Source: Planctomycetota bacterium (GTDB lineage: Bacteria; Planctomycetota; B15-G4; JADJEK01). Taken from it: a DNA stretch of 64,000 bases. The notes under the pieces are model-generated. The model ran no database searches and was not told the origin of the DNA. It saw nothing but the letters and a program-made list of their open reading frames with translations. The stretch spans positions 160,001-224,000 of the forward strand of contig JBGAIQ010000004.1 of NCBI GenBank assembly GCA_044225365.1, in the 5' to 3' direction. Every line of letters begins with the position of its first letter. The stretch's first letter is position 1. Positions 1 to 10,742 of the stretch are shown here, in pieces. The translations under genes were made by a program, and so were the position numbers.

Positions 1-1177
1 TCGTTAGCGTGGCGGTCGCCGAGTCCACCGGCTTCGATTTCAGAGTGAAGACCGCGGGTGTGATCGCGATGCCGAAGAAGTCGATCGCGACGGAAGTGAC
101 CACGACGTCGATCGACGCCCCTAGATCGTCGACGAAACGGGTGCCGGTGGGAAGATCCAAACGCGTCACGTGGATCGCGGCAAGGACGTTCGGCCCCACA
201 CCGACTCCCATTTCCCAATCCGCGCCATCGTTCGTGGTGTCCGGCGGCGTAGAAGGTGCGAGTCGCGTCGCGATGGCGGTGACGAGTCCCGCGCTCGAAT
301 AGGGCGACTTACCGGCAAGAACGGGCTCGCTCAGAACGAGATTCGCCACCGTCCGAGTCTCGATCCGCGGTCCCTCACCCGTCGAGCGCACGAGGACGAC
401 ACCGGGTTTTGCCGCGTCGCCGATCCGCGTCGGAGCGACGGACACCACGTCGGACGGCAAGGTCACCTTGGCAGCGAGCGACGAAGCCACGAATACCGGT
501 TCGGTCGCGACCTGGAAGAAGGTGAGTTCGCATCCTCCCGCGGACCTTCGAGCGATCACGAGTTCGTCGCCCGGCACCTCGTCGACCCCGAGCCCGAACG
601 CCGCGAACAGCTCCCCGCCGGCGACCGCAGGAGTGACGTCGAGAACGAGCAGCGGTGGCCCGAGTGGCTTCTTCTTTCCGGCGGGAGGGTCACGAATCTC
701 GACCCGCTGCGATCCGTCGGAGTTGCGGCACGACAAGACGAGATGGTCCTTGCCCGATCCGTTGCGCGAGAATCGACCGAGCGCCACGATTCGATCGGGC
801 AGCGCCGGGAGCGCGGGATCCGATTTCGAAGTCGAGGCCGCGACTTTCGGCTTCTTCTCGGCGAGCGCGAAGGGCGCCGACACGATTCGAATCGAGCTGC
901 GGCCGGACTTCGCGTCGAAGAACAGCGTCGCGATCTCGTCGCCGCCATCGCCATCGAGATCGATCGCGCAGATGTGATGAACGGCGTTCTTGCCATTCGC
1001 CGCGAAGAAATGCGTGAAGCTCGCATGGGCTGGGGCGAGCGATTCCGCGACGCCATCCTCGGACGAACATGCGTGCCGCGTGAGGAAGAGCGGCGAGGTC
1101 GGTTTCGATCCGTCGACGTGCAGCAGCGCGAGGGGGTCGGAGGCGAGAGCGATGGAGAACAGTGCTGCGGTCCACAT
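1..1177 (-). CDS. Hypothetical, probably secreted protein with an FG-GAP-like motif (partial, runs off the left edge)
   Basis: Manual translation: ATG at 1177 after GAGGTG, N-terminus MWTAALFSIALAS, motif IDLDGDGGDEI, open frame to base 1. Absent from the ORF track because no stop lies in the window. Confidence 0.7.
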   Translation of the reverse strand, partial: MWTAALFSIALASDPLALLHVDGSKPTSPLFLTRHACSSEDGVAESLAPAHASFTHFFAANGKNAVHHICAIDLDGDGGDEIATLFFDAKSGRSSIRIVSAPFALAEKKPKVAASTSKSDPALPALPDRIVALGRFSRNGSGKDHLVLSCRNSDGSQRVEIRDPPAGKKKPLGPPLLVLDVTPAVAGGELFAAFGLGVDEVPGDELVIARRSAGGCELTFFQVATEPVFVASSLAAKVTLPSDVVSVAPTRIGDAAKPGVVLVRSTGEGPRIETRTVANLVLSEPVLAGKSPYSSAGLVTAIATRLAPSTPPDTTNDGADWEMGVGVGPNVLAAIHVTRLDLPTGTRFVDDLGASIDVVVTSVAIDFFGIAITPAVFTLKSKPVDSATATLT

Positions 1178-1315
1178 GGCGCACCTCTTTCGCAACGAGG
1201 GGTTCGCCCCGGGACAGGCACGCGGCGTGCCGCCGCTGTTCACATCGAAATCACGGATTCCGTTACGGGATCGGAGCGCGCGTGTGCGATCGGCCACGCG
1301 CCGCTTCGTCGTTCG

Positions 1316-3745
1316 TCACGGCTGGACCGCAGGGAAGACGAGCACGCCCGCGTTGTGCTCGGCCACGACGACCGAGCGATCCGGACCGATCGCGATCGAG
1401 ATCGGCAGTCCGGGCGAGTCGAAATGGAAGAGCGGTTTCAGGAAGTTCGCGGGATCGTCCTTCGCGATCGAGAGGCAGATGTACCCCGCGCTCCAGCCCG
1501 CGAGGTGGAGTCGATCGCCGTCGATCACCGCATCGAAGAGCGAGTCACGGCCGTAGACGCCGACGTTCTCGAAGGTCACATCGCGCACGAGGAAGTGATT
1601 CTCCCCGTGGAGACCCTTGTCCTTGGGCCTCGAATCGAAGTCGAAGACTCGCAGGATACCCGCGGTGTCCGCGACGAAGAGCTCGTTGCCCCGCATCGCG
1701 AGGCCGATCTGGATCTCCCCGTTCGGCACGAAACGAGTCCCGCGCGGGAATCGCAGCGGGCCGAACGTGGCGTCCTCCACGACAGGATCCGCGAGGTCGA
1801 AGTACTGCAGATATCCGTCGAACGGCTGCGCCGGCGCCGCCCCGCCACGCCCTCCTCCGCCGCGGCCGCCGGCGGGATCGCGCTGCGCACCCGACCCGAG
1901 GATCACGAACGACTCGTCCGCATGGATGCCCATCACTTTGCCGCTTCGCGCGGTGCGTATCCCCGTGGCATCCTGCGCATTGTCCGGGCTCGTGATCGCG
2001 CGCCAAAGAGGCGGACACTTCAATGCGTATTCGGCCGGCCGCTCGATGCCCTCGTAGATGTTTGCACGCGCCTTGCAGGCGAGGACCTGCGCGATCGAGA
2101 AGCGCTGCCAGCCAAAGACGGTGTTGGTCGAGACGACGTCGAGGTTGTCGCCGTCGATCGTCACGCGATAGCTGCGCGGGGTGAGCCCGAGCGACTCGAA
2201 CTCCTTCTTGCCGCGAACGGCATCGGGAACGGTGATCCAGAGCGGCGTGAGCGACTGCGCTCCCGTCGGGTTCGTCGGATCGATCTTGACGATTCCGACG
2301 CGGAAGAAGTTGTTCACGAAGACGTAGTCGAACGAACGGAGGAATCCGTCGGGTTGCGCCTTCTCGAGTCGACGGGTGACCGCGCAGAACGTGCCACCCG
2401 ATTCGGGGACGCGATGCAGCAGTCGCGGATGCGTCTTGTCGCTGACGTCGAGGATCTGCAGTCCGCCGATGTCGGAGATCGCGTAGACGATCTTGGGATC
2501 GGTCGGCGAGAACGCGCAGTCGATCGCGCCGGCGCGGGTATCGATCTCGAGCCCGAGTTCCTGGAGCCCGGGCAGACCGTCGCGCCGCGGTTTGTCCTTG
2601 GAGGGTCGCATGCGAACCGCGCCGAACGTGAAATCGAGCGCGAGGAAGTCGCCTCCTTCGCAGTGCGGGAGCGGAGCGACGTCCTTGATCCAGTTCATCA
2701 CGTTGCTCGGTGCGTGGCTCGACAGCTCATCCGCGAATCCCAGGATGGTGACCGCGGGAGTCCCCGTCTCGAGTGCTCCGATCTGGAAGACAGCCGTCGC
2801 GGATCGCGGGTCGTAGTGCGGCTCGCCGCGCCAGGCCCCGAACTCGGGAGTGAAAGGACTCTGCTGCGATGCGATCGCCGTGCCCTCGAGGCCGACGTAC
2901 CCGCGATCGTCCAGGACGCGAATGCGTCCGACCGCGAGCGGGGTCTCCGGTTTGGGTGAGCGTTGCGGACCGGGGTTCTTGTTCGCCGGGAGCACGAATT
3001 TCTGGCGCTTCACGACGCCGAGCGATCGCGCGTCGCGAATCGTGAGATCGCCGAGGTCTTCGGCAAAGAGAGCGAAGCGACCATCGCTCGTGAGAGCGAC
3101 CGACCGCGCGACGCCGGTCGAGGGTTGCTTCGCCGCGAGCAGCGGGTGCGCGGGATCCGACAGATCGAAGCGCAGGACGTCGCCATCTCCGCCCGCCACG
3201 ATCACGAAGCCGTCGCCGAGCGCGACACCCATCGCGCGCCCCTTCTCGATCTTCGTCCGCGACAACTCGTGACAGCCATCCTTGCCGCGGCGGAAGAGCG
3301 CGATGCCGCCACCGCCATCGGCGAAGGCGACGAGATCGCCGCGCACCGCGACGTCGAACGCGATGTCGTTCGAAGCGCCGATCTTCGTCGCCGGTCCGGG
3401 ATTCCTCTTGTCGGTGACGTCGACGTGGAAGAACCCGCCGCGGGATCCCGCGACGAAGAGATCGCTGCCTTGCGTAGCGAGCGAGAAGACGAAGCCCGCC
3501 GTAGGGATCTCGGAGACGGGCACCGCCAAGGCGTGGCTGCCCGGACCCACTTGCTTCGGATCGGCGAGCGGGCACACGAGCACCGCGCCGCCCGAGGATG
3601 CGTAGGCGTACCGACCGTCCTCGGACGCGACGACGGAATAGGCGAACCCGTTCGGCCACCTTCCGCAAGGCAACTGCTCACGATCCTCCGCCCGCGCAAC
3701 GAAGCTGGGCACGAGCAGCGCGAGGAGCAAAAGCGTCGTTCGCAT
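1316..3745 (-). CDS. Secreted LVIVD-repeat / beta-propeller protein
   Basis: Signal peptide MRTTLLLLALLVPSFVARA; repeated motifs such as FVAGSRGGFFHVDVTD, YAISDIGGLQILDVSDKTHP, VVAEHNAGVLVF. Start trimmed from ORF 1316..3814. Confidence 0.8.
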   Translation of the reverse strand: MRTTLLLLALLVPSFVARAEDREQLPCGRWPNGFAYSVVASEDGRYAYASSGGAVLVCPLADPKQVGPGSHALAVPVSEIPTAGFVFSLATQGSDLFVAGSRGGFFHVDVTDKRNPGPATKIGASNDIAFDVAVRGDLVAFADGGGGIALFRRGKDGCHELSRTKIEKGRAMGVALGDGFVIVAGGDGDVLRFDLSDPAHPLLAAKQPSTGVARSVALTSDGRFALFAEDLGDLTIRDARSLGVVKRQKFVLPANKNPGPQRSPKPETPLAVGRIRVLDDRGYVGLEGTAIASQQSPFTPEFGAWRGEPHYDPRSATAVFQIGALETGTPAVTILGFADELSSHAPSNVMNWIKDVAPLPHCEGGDFLALDFTFGAVRMRPSKDKPRRDGLPGLQELGLEIDTRAGAIDCAFSPTDPKIVYAISDIGGLQILDVSDKTHPRLLHRVPESGGTFCAVTRRLEKAQPDGFLRSFDYVFVNNFFRVGIVKIDPTNPTGAQSLTPLWITVPDAVRGKKEFESLGLTPRSYRVTIDGDNLDVVSTNTVFGWQRFSIAQVLACKARANIYEGIERPAEYALKCPPLWRAITSPDNAQDATGIRTARSGKVMGIHADESFVILGSGAQRDPAGGRGGGGRGGAAPAQPFDGYLQYFDLADPVVEDATFGPLRFPRGTRFVPNGEIQIGLAMRGNELFVADTAGILRVFDFDSRPKDKGLHGENHFLVRDVTFENVGVYGRDSLFDAVIDGDRLHLAGWSAGYICLSIAKDDPANFLKPLFHFDSPGLPISIAIGPDRSVVVAEHNAGVLVFPAVQP

Positions 3746-3919
3746 GGGGACCGGCTCTTTCTCGAATCTTCGAAGACACCCGCGAAACGTGCAGGCGACG
3801 ACCATGTACTTCATCGGTCGGCGATATCATCGGAATCGAGACCCTGTTTCCAATGTAAGCGCGGCGCAACATCGGATCGTCGCGCACGTGACAGGACCCC
3901 TGCGGACGAGTTTCGAAGC

Positions 3920-6900
3920 ATGAGCGATCGGGGACGAGTGAGTCGGGCGTGGACCAATCTGCTCGCGCAGTTGCGTCGAGCCTCGCCGCCGCTTGCCGCC
4001 CTGCTCGAACACCTCGTCGAGCGGCGGATCGACTCGCGCCGCTATCGAATCCTCTCCGAGATCGCGCGGGGCGGAATGGGGATCGTGTTCCGTGTCGTCG
4101 ACGAGGACCTCGATCGCACGCTCGCGATGAAGGTTGCCCGCGAACCTCTGCCTCTCTTCGGCGATCACCTGCCGAACGAGTACGACGCACTCTTCCATGC
4201 GCGCTTCCTGCGCGAGCTGCGAATCACCGGCCAACTGAATCATCCCGGCATCGTCGCTTTGCACGACGTCGGCATCGACGAGCACGATCGCCTCTTCTTC
4301 ACGATGAAACTCGTCGAGGGCGAGAATCTCGCGACGATCCTGCGCGCGATGAAGCACAGCGATCAGAAGTGGACGTTGCCGAGAGTGCTCGAGATCTTGG
4401 TGCGCGTGTGCGATGCAATGGCGCACGCCCACAGCCTGAAGATCATCCACCGCGACTTGAAACCGTCGAACATCATGGTCGGTCGGTTCTCCGAGACGTA
4501 CGTGATGGACTGGGGTCTCGCCCGATTCCTCGACGAACCCGAGCCGCAAGGCGAAGATCCCGACGGCGATCGTCCGGCGCCGCAACGGTCGACGAAGAGC
4601 GCGAGTCTCGACGAGACCCTCGAAGCGCAGACACTCGACGGCGAGGCCGTCGGTACGCCGTCGTACATGGCGCCCGAGCAGGCGCTCGGCGTGCTCGAGC
4701 GCGTCGGGCCGCTCTCCGATGTCTACTCGGTCGGCGCGATCCTCTACCACGCGCTCACCGGCGAACTGCCGTACACCGTTCCGCGGGACGGCTCCAGCGC
4801 GAAGAAGGTGAAACGATCCCACAACGTGCTCTCCGCGGTGGCGTCGGGAGATTGCGCGTCGATCGAATCCCTGAGCCCGAGCGCGCCGCAGGAGCTCGTC
4901 GCGATCTGTGAGCGGGCGATGGCTCGCGACTTCGAGAAACGCTACCCCTCGATGGAGCATCTCGGAGCAGATCTCCGTGCGTACCTCGAAGGCCGTGTCG
5001 TGGCCGCGTTCGAGAGTGGCACCTGGGCCGAGTTGAAGAAGTGGTATCGCCGCAATCGAAAGGTCGCGCTTCCGGCGATCTTGTTCGTCTTCGCTCTCTC
5101 GACCGCAGTCGGCTTCGGGCTGCGCAACAGCGAACTCGTCCAGAAATGGACAAACATCCAGGACTCGACGAGTCGGCGAATTGGATCCCTCGAGTCGGAC
5201 CTCGCGGAGGCTCGTCGGGTTGCGACGCAGGGCGTCGACGCGCTCGCGGCCGCGCAGAAGAACGCCGATGACGCGGCGCGATTGCGGAGCGAACTCCAAT
5301 CGCAACTCGACGCGGCGAATCTGGCAGCGTCGAACGCTCGGAAGAGTGCCGACGAACGCCTTCTCGAGTCGGCGCGAATCACCGAGGAGAACGAGCGCCT
5401 GAAGGGTGCCGCGAGCGAACTGGGGAAGCAGATCGCGGAAGTGAAGCGACTCGAATCGGAGATCGAACGTCTGAAGAACTCCGCACCCACGGCGCAGCCT
5501 GCGAGTCAGGATTCTCGCATCGCCGGCGATGCGGCGAAGGCGGCGGCGGAGATCATCGACGTGCGCGAGCGCCTGGCTCGCATGGCCAGCCCGTTGAAGA
5601 CGGCGGTCGCCGACTACGAGGGCTGGCTCGAGGATCACCGCGCCGCGCTGTCCGACGCCTCCGATTCGATCGCCGCGATCGAAGGACTCGACGATTCCGC
5701 TCCGCCCCTCCTTCGCCACCTGGCGCTCGTCCTAAAGCGATTGCGCGACGACCTGGAGAATGGGAACAACGGCGTGCTCGGACCCGGCCTCGCCCTATCG
5801 AGCCTGGACGTCGAGAAACTCGCGGCGCAGGCGAGGATGCTCGATGGCGTGCGTACGGGGCCTCTCCCCGCCGGCGTGTTGACTTGGGATCAGGCGCGGG
5901 AGGAACTCGCGAAGATCCCGGGATTCGACGGCGTCGTGTTGGGCAGACAGGACGATCTGCTGCCCATCGGCAGGAATCCGGACAGCGGGCTCCTCGAATT
6001 CTGGCACGTCCTGAGCGGCTCGTTGCCGAAACGAGATGCGAAGCGTCGCATCGTGCGGACCGATGGCGATGGCCTCGTCTTCGTCCTCCTACCCGGTGGC
6101 GAATTCAGGATGGGCGCACAGCGCGAACGATCGTCCGATCGCGGCGGCATCGACTTCGATCCTGACGCCGAGGCGAACGAGGCGAACAAGGGCGGCGAGC
6201 CCGTCAAGGTCGCGCTCGATCCGTACTTCATCGCGACGACCGAGATCACGTTCGCGCAATGGCAGAGGTTCTTCCGCCGCGTCGCGCCGGCGCACTTCGC
6301 CCTCGGGTCGTCGTGGGTCTTCGCGAAGGGCGCCGCGCCGGAGATCATCACGGGATCGCATCCCGTCGAAGGCGTCACGTGGGACGAAGCGAACGCGCTG
6401 CTGCCGCGCTACGGTCTCTCGTTGCCCACCGAAGCGCAGTGGGAGTACGCCGGACGAGCGATTCCCGCGCTTTCGAACAAGCGCGGACCGGATCCCGACG
6501 GCGTGCCGTGGTGGTTCGGCGACCACGGCGCGATCGAGAAGCTCGCGAACTTCGGCAACATCCTCGACCACAAACGCGGCGCGCTCTTCATGACGCCTTC
6601 GGCCGAGGATCAGAAGGTCGAGGACGCATTCACCCTCACGGCGCCCGTCGGTTCCTTCGCTCCGAATCCCGTCGGGCTCTTCGACGTGATCGGCAACGTC
6701 TCGGAATGGTGCCTCGACGCCCGCGTCGATCGCTACGACGAACCGCCCCGCGCGGCGGATGGACTGCGCGGACATGGCGATCGAGGGGTCGAGGATCAGC
6801 ATCCCTATCGCGGCGGCGATTATCGATCGACGAGCCATTTCGCTCGTCTGACCTCGCGACGCTTCGGACGGCACGACGAGTCGCTCGACAACGTCGGAGT

Positions 6901-6928
6901 GCGTCCCGTACGTCTGCTGCCGCGTTGA
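3920..6928 (+). CDS. Ser/Thr protein kinase with TM segment, coiled coil and C-terminal FGE-sulfatase (SUMF1-like) domain
   Basis: Kinase motifs RGGMGIV, AMK, HRDLKPSN, DWGLA, GTPSYMAPE; TM VALPAILFVFALSTAVGFGL; FGE motifs LPTEAQWEYAGRA and GLFDVIGNVSEWC. Start at MSDRG is approximate. Confidence 0.9.
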   Translation: MSDRGRVSRAWTNLLAQLRRASPPLAALLEHLVERRIDSRRYRILSEIARGGMGIVFRVVDEDLDRTLAMKVAREPLPLFGDHLPNEYDALFHARFLRELRITGQLNHPGIVALHDVGIDEHDRLFFTMKLVEGENLATILRAMKHSDQKWTLPRVLEILVRVCDAMAHAHSLKIIHRDLKPSNIMVGRFSETYVMDWGLARFLDEPEPQGEDPDGDRPAPQRSTKSASLDETLEAQTLDGEAVGTPSYMAPEQALGVLERVGPLSDVYSVGAILYHALTGELPYTVPRDGSSAKKVKRSHNVLSAVASGDCASIESLSPSAPQELVAICERAMARDFEKRYPSMEHLGADLRAYLEGRVVAAFESGTWAELKKWYRRNRKVALPAILFVFALSTAVGFGLRNSELVQKWTNIQDSTSRRIGSLESDLAEARRVATQGVDALAAAQKNADDAARLRSELQSQLDAANLAASNARKSADERLLESARITEENERLKGAASELGKQIAEVKRLESEIERLKNSAPTAQPASQDSRIAGDAAKAAAEIIDVRERLARMASPLKTAVADYEGWLEDHRAALSDASDSIAAIEGLDDSAPPLLRHLALVLKRLRDDLENGNNGVLGPGLALSSLDVEKLAAQARMLDGVRTGPLPAGVLTWDQAREELAKIPGFDGVVLGRQDDLLPIGRNPDSGLLEFWHVLSGSLPKRDAKRRIVRTDGDGLVFVLLPGGEFRMGAQRERSSDRGGIDFDPDAEANEANKGGEPVKVALDPYFIATTEITFAQWQRFFRRVAPAHFALGSSWVFAKGAAPEIITGSHPVEGVTWDEANALLPRYGLSLPTEAQWEYAGRAIPALSNKRGPDPDGVPWWFGDHGAIEKLANFGNILDHKRGALFMTPSAEDQKVEDAFTLTAPVGSFAPNPVGLFDVIGNVSEWCLDARVDRYDEPPRAADGLRGHGDRGVEDQHPYRGGDYRSTSHFARLTSRRFGRHDESLDNVGVRPVRLLPR

Positions 6929-6931
6929 CGT

Positions 6932-9094
6932 TCAGCGCACGGCCGCAACGCCGGTCGTGATCGCCGCGACGCGGTAGTTCCCGCCCGCGACGAAATCGGC
7001 GCGCGGTGCGGCGTCCTCGCGGCGGAGCAGATGGCCGAGGGCGGCGCAGCTCGCGGCACGGGCTTGCGACCAGGCTTCCGCATCACCCGCGAGGCTGACG
7101 AGGCTCGCCACCGAATTGCGATCGCCCGTGACACCGATCGCCGCAGCGAGCGAGATCACGCTGTTCAGGGTTCGCTCGCCGCGCAACGCCTCGAGGAGTC
7201 GCGGGTTCGAGTTCGTGCTGTGCAGGAGCCGCACGGCCCACGCCACGTGCCCGCGCATCTCGGGATCGCGATCGTCGAAGAGAAGGCTCTCGAGGTCTTG
7301 CCGCGCATTCTCGGCCCCGGCGAGTCCGAGGGCGAGAGCGCAGTAGCCGATCAGGCTCGGCTGGTCGCTTTCGGCGAGGCGCGTCCGCAAGGCGCTCGAG
7401 TGCGATGGATCGCCGAAGAGGCCGAGCGAGAGAGCCGCAGCGCTCGCGAACTCCGGGTTGGTCTCATGCTCGAGCTTGGCGGTGAGGGCGTCCGCGATCG
7501 TGGCCACGTCCGAACTCGCGCGTTGAGCGTCGAGGAAGGAGCGGCCGATCATGCCGAGCGCGAGGCTCGCCCAGGGCTCGTCGCTCTTGTTGTGGGCATC
7601 GCGAATCGTCTGTCCGAGGAACTGGACGACCGACTGCTCGAGCGCGCTGGAATCGTCCGTGGGTTCCTGCGACCCTCGCGCAACGATTTCGCCGAGAGCG
7701 ATCAGAGCGAAGTGGCGAGTGCCGAGGTTGCCGTCGTTCGCAGCTTTCTCGCGCAGCGCGAGAACGACTTCGCGATCCCTCAGTGACGCGAGGCGACCGA
7801 GCGCGATCACGCACGATTCCTGGATCCGTCGCTCCGTCCCCTTCGCAGTCAACTCGCGGAACAGATCCGGGATCGCACTCTCGGCGCCGAGTTCGGCGAG
7901 GGCGATCGGAACCTCCGCGGCGACATCGACCGCGAGCTTGCCATCGCGAAGACGCGCAACGAGGAACGGCGAGCGATCCGCCGCACTGCCGCAGCGAGCC
8001 AGCGAGAGCACGGCGATCTCCGCGAGCTTCGATGACTTCTTCGCGCCGCTGCGCACCGCGTCCTCGAGGGACGGCGCGGCGGACGGATCGCCGATGCAGC
8101 CGAGGGCGAACGCCGCCGTCGCCCGCAGTTCGTCGCGGATCGAGCCGTTCGAGGCGACCGCGATGCGACCGTCGCGATGATCGTCGACGATCTTGCGCAG
8201 CGTCTCGACGCTGTCGACGCATCCGAGCACACCGAGGGCGGCGACGATCTTCTCCTGGCGTTCGCTGGACGCTCGCGGCAGGGAGGCGATGAGGAGGTTG
8301 GCGACGCGCGGCGCATCCTGACGCGGCGCGATCTTCGACAGTGCGATGGCGGCCGCGGCGGCGATCGAGTCGTCGTCCGAATCGAGGCTGCGTTCGAGCG
8401 TCGGAACGACGCGGCGCGAGATCTCGGCATCGGAGAGCATGCGGGAGGCGTTCTCGATGCGGGTGACGCCCGTGCCGCTGAGGAAGCCGTTGCGATCCGT
8501 CGTGGGTTCGACGTCGAAGTCGCCGTCGATCATGAAACGGTGAGCGTTCGCCGCCCACCACGCCTGCCAGGTCTCGTCGAAATCCGTGCGGGGTGCGCGT
8601 CGCGTCAGATCGCCCGGCTGCCGCGCGTAACCCGGTCCACCGCCGCCCGTCGGGGGCCGCACGGTGCCGCCTCGGGGAGCGCTTGGCGCGGGCCCATGCG
8701 GAGGGGTGATCGTCGGACCATGGGTTCCGCCCACGGGTCCGCCCGGCTCATGATCGCGGGGATCCGGACGTCCAGTTGCCGGAATGGGAGTCGGGCGAAC
8801 GTTTCTTGGACCGCCTCCGACGCTTCCGCCGGTGGGATTGCCGGGGGTCGTGGGATCGGGACGACCCGAGCCGCCGCTGCCACCGGTTCCGCCCGTTCCA
8901 CCAGTTCCATCGTGGCCGCCCGCTCCGCCGGTTCCGCCCGTTCCACTGCCCGAGCCGTCGCCCGAACCGCTGGATCCTGAACCACTTCCGGAACCCGACC
9001 CGTCATGCTGCGCGAACGCGAGGCCGGGCATGAGCACGGCAGCGGCGAGTGCGGTAACGAGCAACCACGGCGTCGTCCATGCGGGGCGTAGCAT
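6932..9094 (-). CDS. Secreted HEAT-repeat protein with Gly/Pro-rich N-terminal region
   Basis: Signal peptide ending AFA-Q; GSGSG/GGTGG low-complexity tract; repeated AAxALG helical units. Confidence 0.85.
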   Translation of the reverse strand: MLRPAWTTPWLLVTALAAAVLMPGLAFAQHDGSGSGSGSGSSGSGDGSGSGTGGTGGAGGHDGTGGTGGTGGSGGSGRPDPTTPGNPTGGSVGGGPRNVRPTPIPATGRPDPRDHEPGGPVGGTHGPTITPPHGPAPSAPRGGTVRPPTGGGGPGYARQPGDLTRRAPRTDFDETWQAWWAANAHRFMIDGDFDVEPTTDRNGFLSGTGVTRIENASRMLSDAEISRRVVPTLERSLDSDDDSIAAAAAIALSKIAPRQDAPRVANLLIASLPRASSERQEKIVAALGVLGCVDSVETLRKIVDDHRDGRIAVASNGSIRDELRATAAFALGCIGDPSAAPSLEDAVRSGAKKSSKLAEIAVLSLARCGSAADRSPFLVARLRDGKLAVDVAAEVPIALAELGAESAIPDLFRELTAKGTERRIQESCVIALGRLASLRDREVVLALREKAANDGNLGTRHFALIALGEIVARGSQEPTDDSSALEQSVVQFLGQTIRDAHNKSDEPWASLALGMIGRSFLDAQRASSDVATIADALTAKLEHETNPEFASAAALSLGLFGDPSHSSALRTRLAESDQPSLIGYCALALGLAGAENARQDLESLLFDDRDPEMRGHVAWAVRLLHSTNSNPRLLEALRGERTLNSVISLAAAIGVTGDRNSVASLVSLAGDAEAWSQARAASCAALGHLLRREDAAPRADFVAGGNYRVAAITTGVAAVR

Positions 9095-9287
9095 GGTGAT
9101 CCTCCCAACGGCGACCTGAAACGTTCGGCGATCGATCCCGGATACTCCGCGCCGGCACGCCGGTATCCGTCCGATCTCGATCTATGTTGTCGCGCGCGCG
9201 CGACAGCCGTTGCACACCGTTCCAGGAATTTCTCGAGGCCGCCCGCATAGACCCGGCCAAAGCCGGCTCGCCAGGGGAGTTGCGGAT

Positions 9288-10742
9288 TCAGGCGAGGATT
9301 TCGGTGAGGATCTCGCCCTTCACGTCCGTGAGGCGCATGTCGCGGCCGCCGAATCGGAAGGTCAGGCGCTTGTGGTCGATGCCGAGCAGGTGGAGCATCG
9401 TGGCATGGAGGTCGTACATCTCGGCCTTCTTCTCGACGGCCTTGTACCCGTACTCGTCGGTCGCTCCATAGGCCATGCCGCCCTTCACGCCGCCGCCCGC
9501 GAGCCAGCAAGAGAAGCCGAACGGATTGTGGTCGCGGCCATTGCTGCCCTGGGCGAAGGGCGTGCGTCCGAATTCGCCGGAGAAGACGACGAGCGTCTCG
9601 TCGAGCATGCCGCGGGACTTCAGGTCGGCGAGCAATGCTGCGATCGGCTGATCGACGGCGCGAGCGTTGTCGGCGTGATCGCGCTTCAGATTGGCGTGCT
9701 GATCCCAGCGGTCGTGACCCGGGATCGAGGGACACGTCAGTTCGATGAAGCGCACGCCGCGCTCGACGAGCCGGCGCGCGAGCAGACATTGCATCGCGTA
9801 TTTCCGCGTCGCTTCGAACTCGGACTCGAAGCCATAGCGCCGCTTCAGTTCCTCGGACTCACCCGAGAGATCCATCAGTTCGGGAACGGCGGCCTGCATG
9901 CGGAATGCGAGTTCGTGGTTCGAGATCGCGGACTCGATCGCGTCGTGATGACCCGCGCGCGCGAGCAGGCCCTGATCGAGCCGTCGCATGAGCGCGAGCT
10001 TGTTCGTCTGCAACTCGACCTCTGGTTCGCTCGGACGGATGTTCGCGACGGGGAGCGCGGCAGGTTTGAAGACGGAGCCCTGATGCGTCGCGGGAAGGAA
10101 ACCGCTCGCGAAGCAATCGAGCCCGCCCGGCGGGATGAGCCCGCCGTTCATGACGACGAAGCTCGGCAGATTGTGATTCTCGCTCCCGAGCCCGTAGGAG
10201 AGCCACGCGCCGGTGCTCGGCCTTCCGGCCTGACCGTGGCCGGTATGCAGGAAGTAGTTCGCGTTGGTGTGCTCGGAGAATTCCGACGTCATCGAGCGGA
10301 TCACGCAGAGGTCGTCGGCACGATCCCGCACGAAGGGGAAGAGGTCGCTGATCTCGAGCCCGCTCTGCCCGCCGCGCTGGAACTTCCAAGGCGAACCCAA
10401 TGTCGCGCCGTTGTTGTCGAACTGCGTCGGCTCCATCTTCATCTTGAACGGCTGACCGCTCTCGGCCGTGAGGCGCGGCTTGGGATCGAAGGTGTCCACT
10501 TGCGAAGGCGCGCCATCCATGTACAGGAAGATCACGTTGCGGGCCCGAGGCTGGAAGTGGCACAGACCGAGCGATGAATTCGGCGAAGGCAGGGGCGCAT
10601 CGGCTCCAAACGCGGAGGGCCGACCGAAGAGCGCGGTGAATGCGAGAGCGCCAAAGCCCGTTCCACAGCGTTCGAGGAACTCGCGGCGGGTTCGCGGCGG
10701 CGGAGCGCGATCAGTGCGGTGAGATCTCGTCTTGGGTGTCAT
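9288..10742 (-). CDS. DUF1501 family protein (Tat-exported)
   Basis: Twin-arginine TRREFL; motifs IFLYMDGAPSQVDTFDPKP, WDQH, GEFGRTP, GRDH; ATGA overlap with the upstream gene stop. Confidence 0.92.
   Translation of the reverse strand: MTPKTRSHRTDRAPPPRTRREFLERCGTGFGALAFTALFGRPSAFGADAPLPSPNSSLGLCHFQPRARNVIFLYMDGAPSQVDTFDPKPRLTAESGQPFKMKMEPTQFDNNGATLGSPWKFQRGGQSGLEISDLFPFVRDRADDLCVIRSMTSEFSEHTNANYFLHTGHGQAGRPSTGAWLSYGLGSENHNLPSFVVMNGGLIPPGGLDCFASGFLPATHQGSVFKPAALPVANIRPSEPEVELQTNKLALMRRLDQGLLARAGHHDAIESAISNHELAFRMQAAVPELMDLSGESEELKRRYGFESEFEATRKYAMQCLLARRLVERGVRFIELTCPSIPGHDRWDQHANLKRDHADNARAVDQPIAALLADLKSRGMLDETLVVFSGEFGRTPFAQGSNGRDHNPFGFSCWLAGGGVKGGMAYGATDEYGYKAVEKKAEMYDLHATMLHLLGIDHKRLTFRFGGRDMRLTDVKGEILTEILA

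Noticed and set aside
170-2959. 929-aa plus-strand ORF, and similar long ORFs such as 28586..31891, 12029..13618, 50260..52260 and 61735..63903
   Set aside because: Arg-rich and motif-free antisense or off-frame shadows of well-supported genes; expected at this GC content.
2963-3919. N-terminal extension of the kinase ORF
   Set aside because: It is antisense to the LVIVD gene and has no domain signal.
8870-9005. Nucleotide repeat element in the HEAT-repeat gene
   Set aside because: Degenerate codons for a Gly/Ser/Thr linker; protein-level low complexity only.
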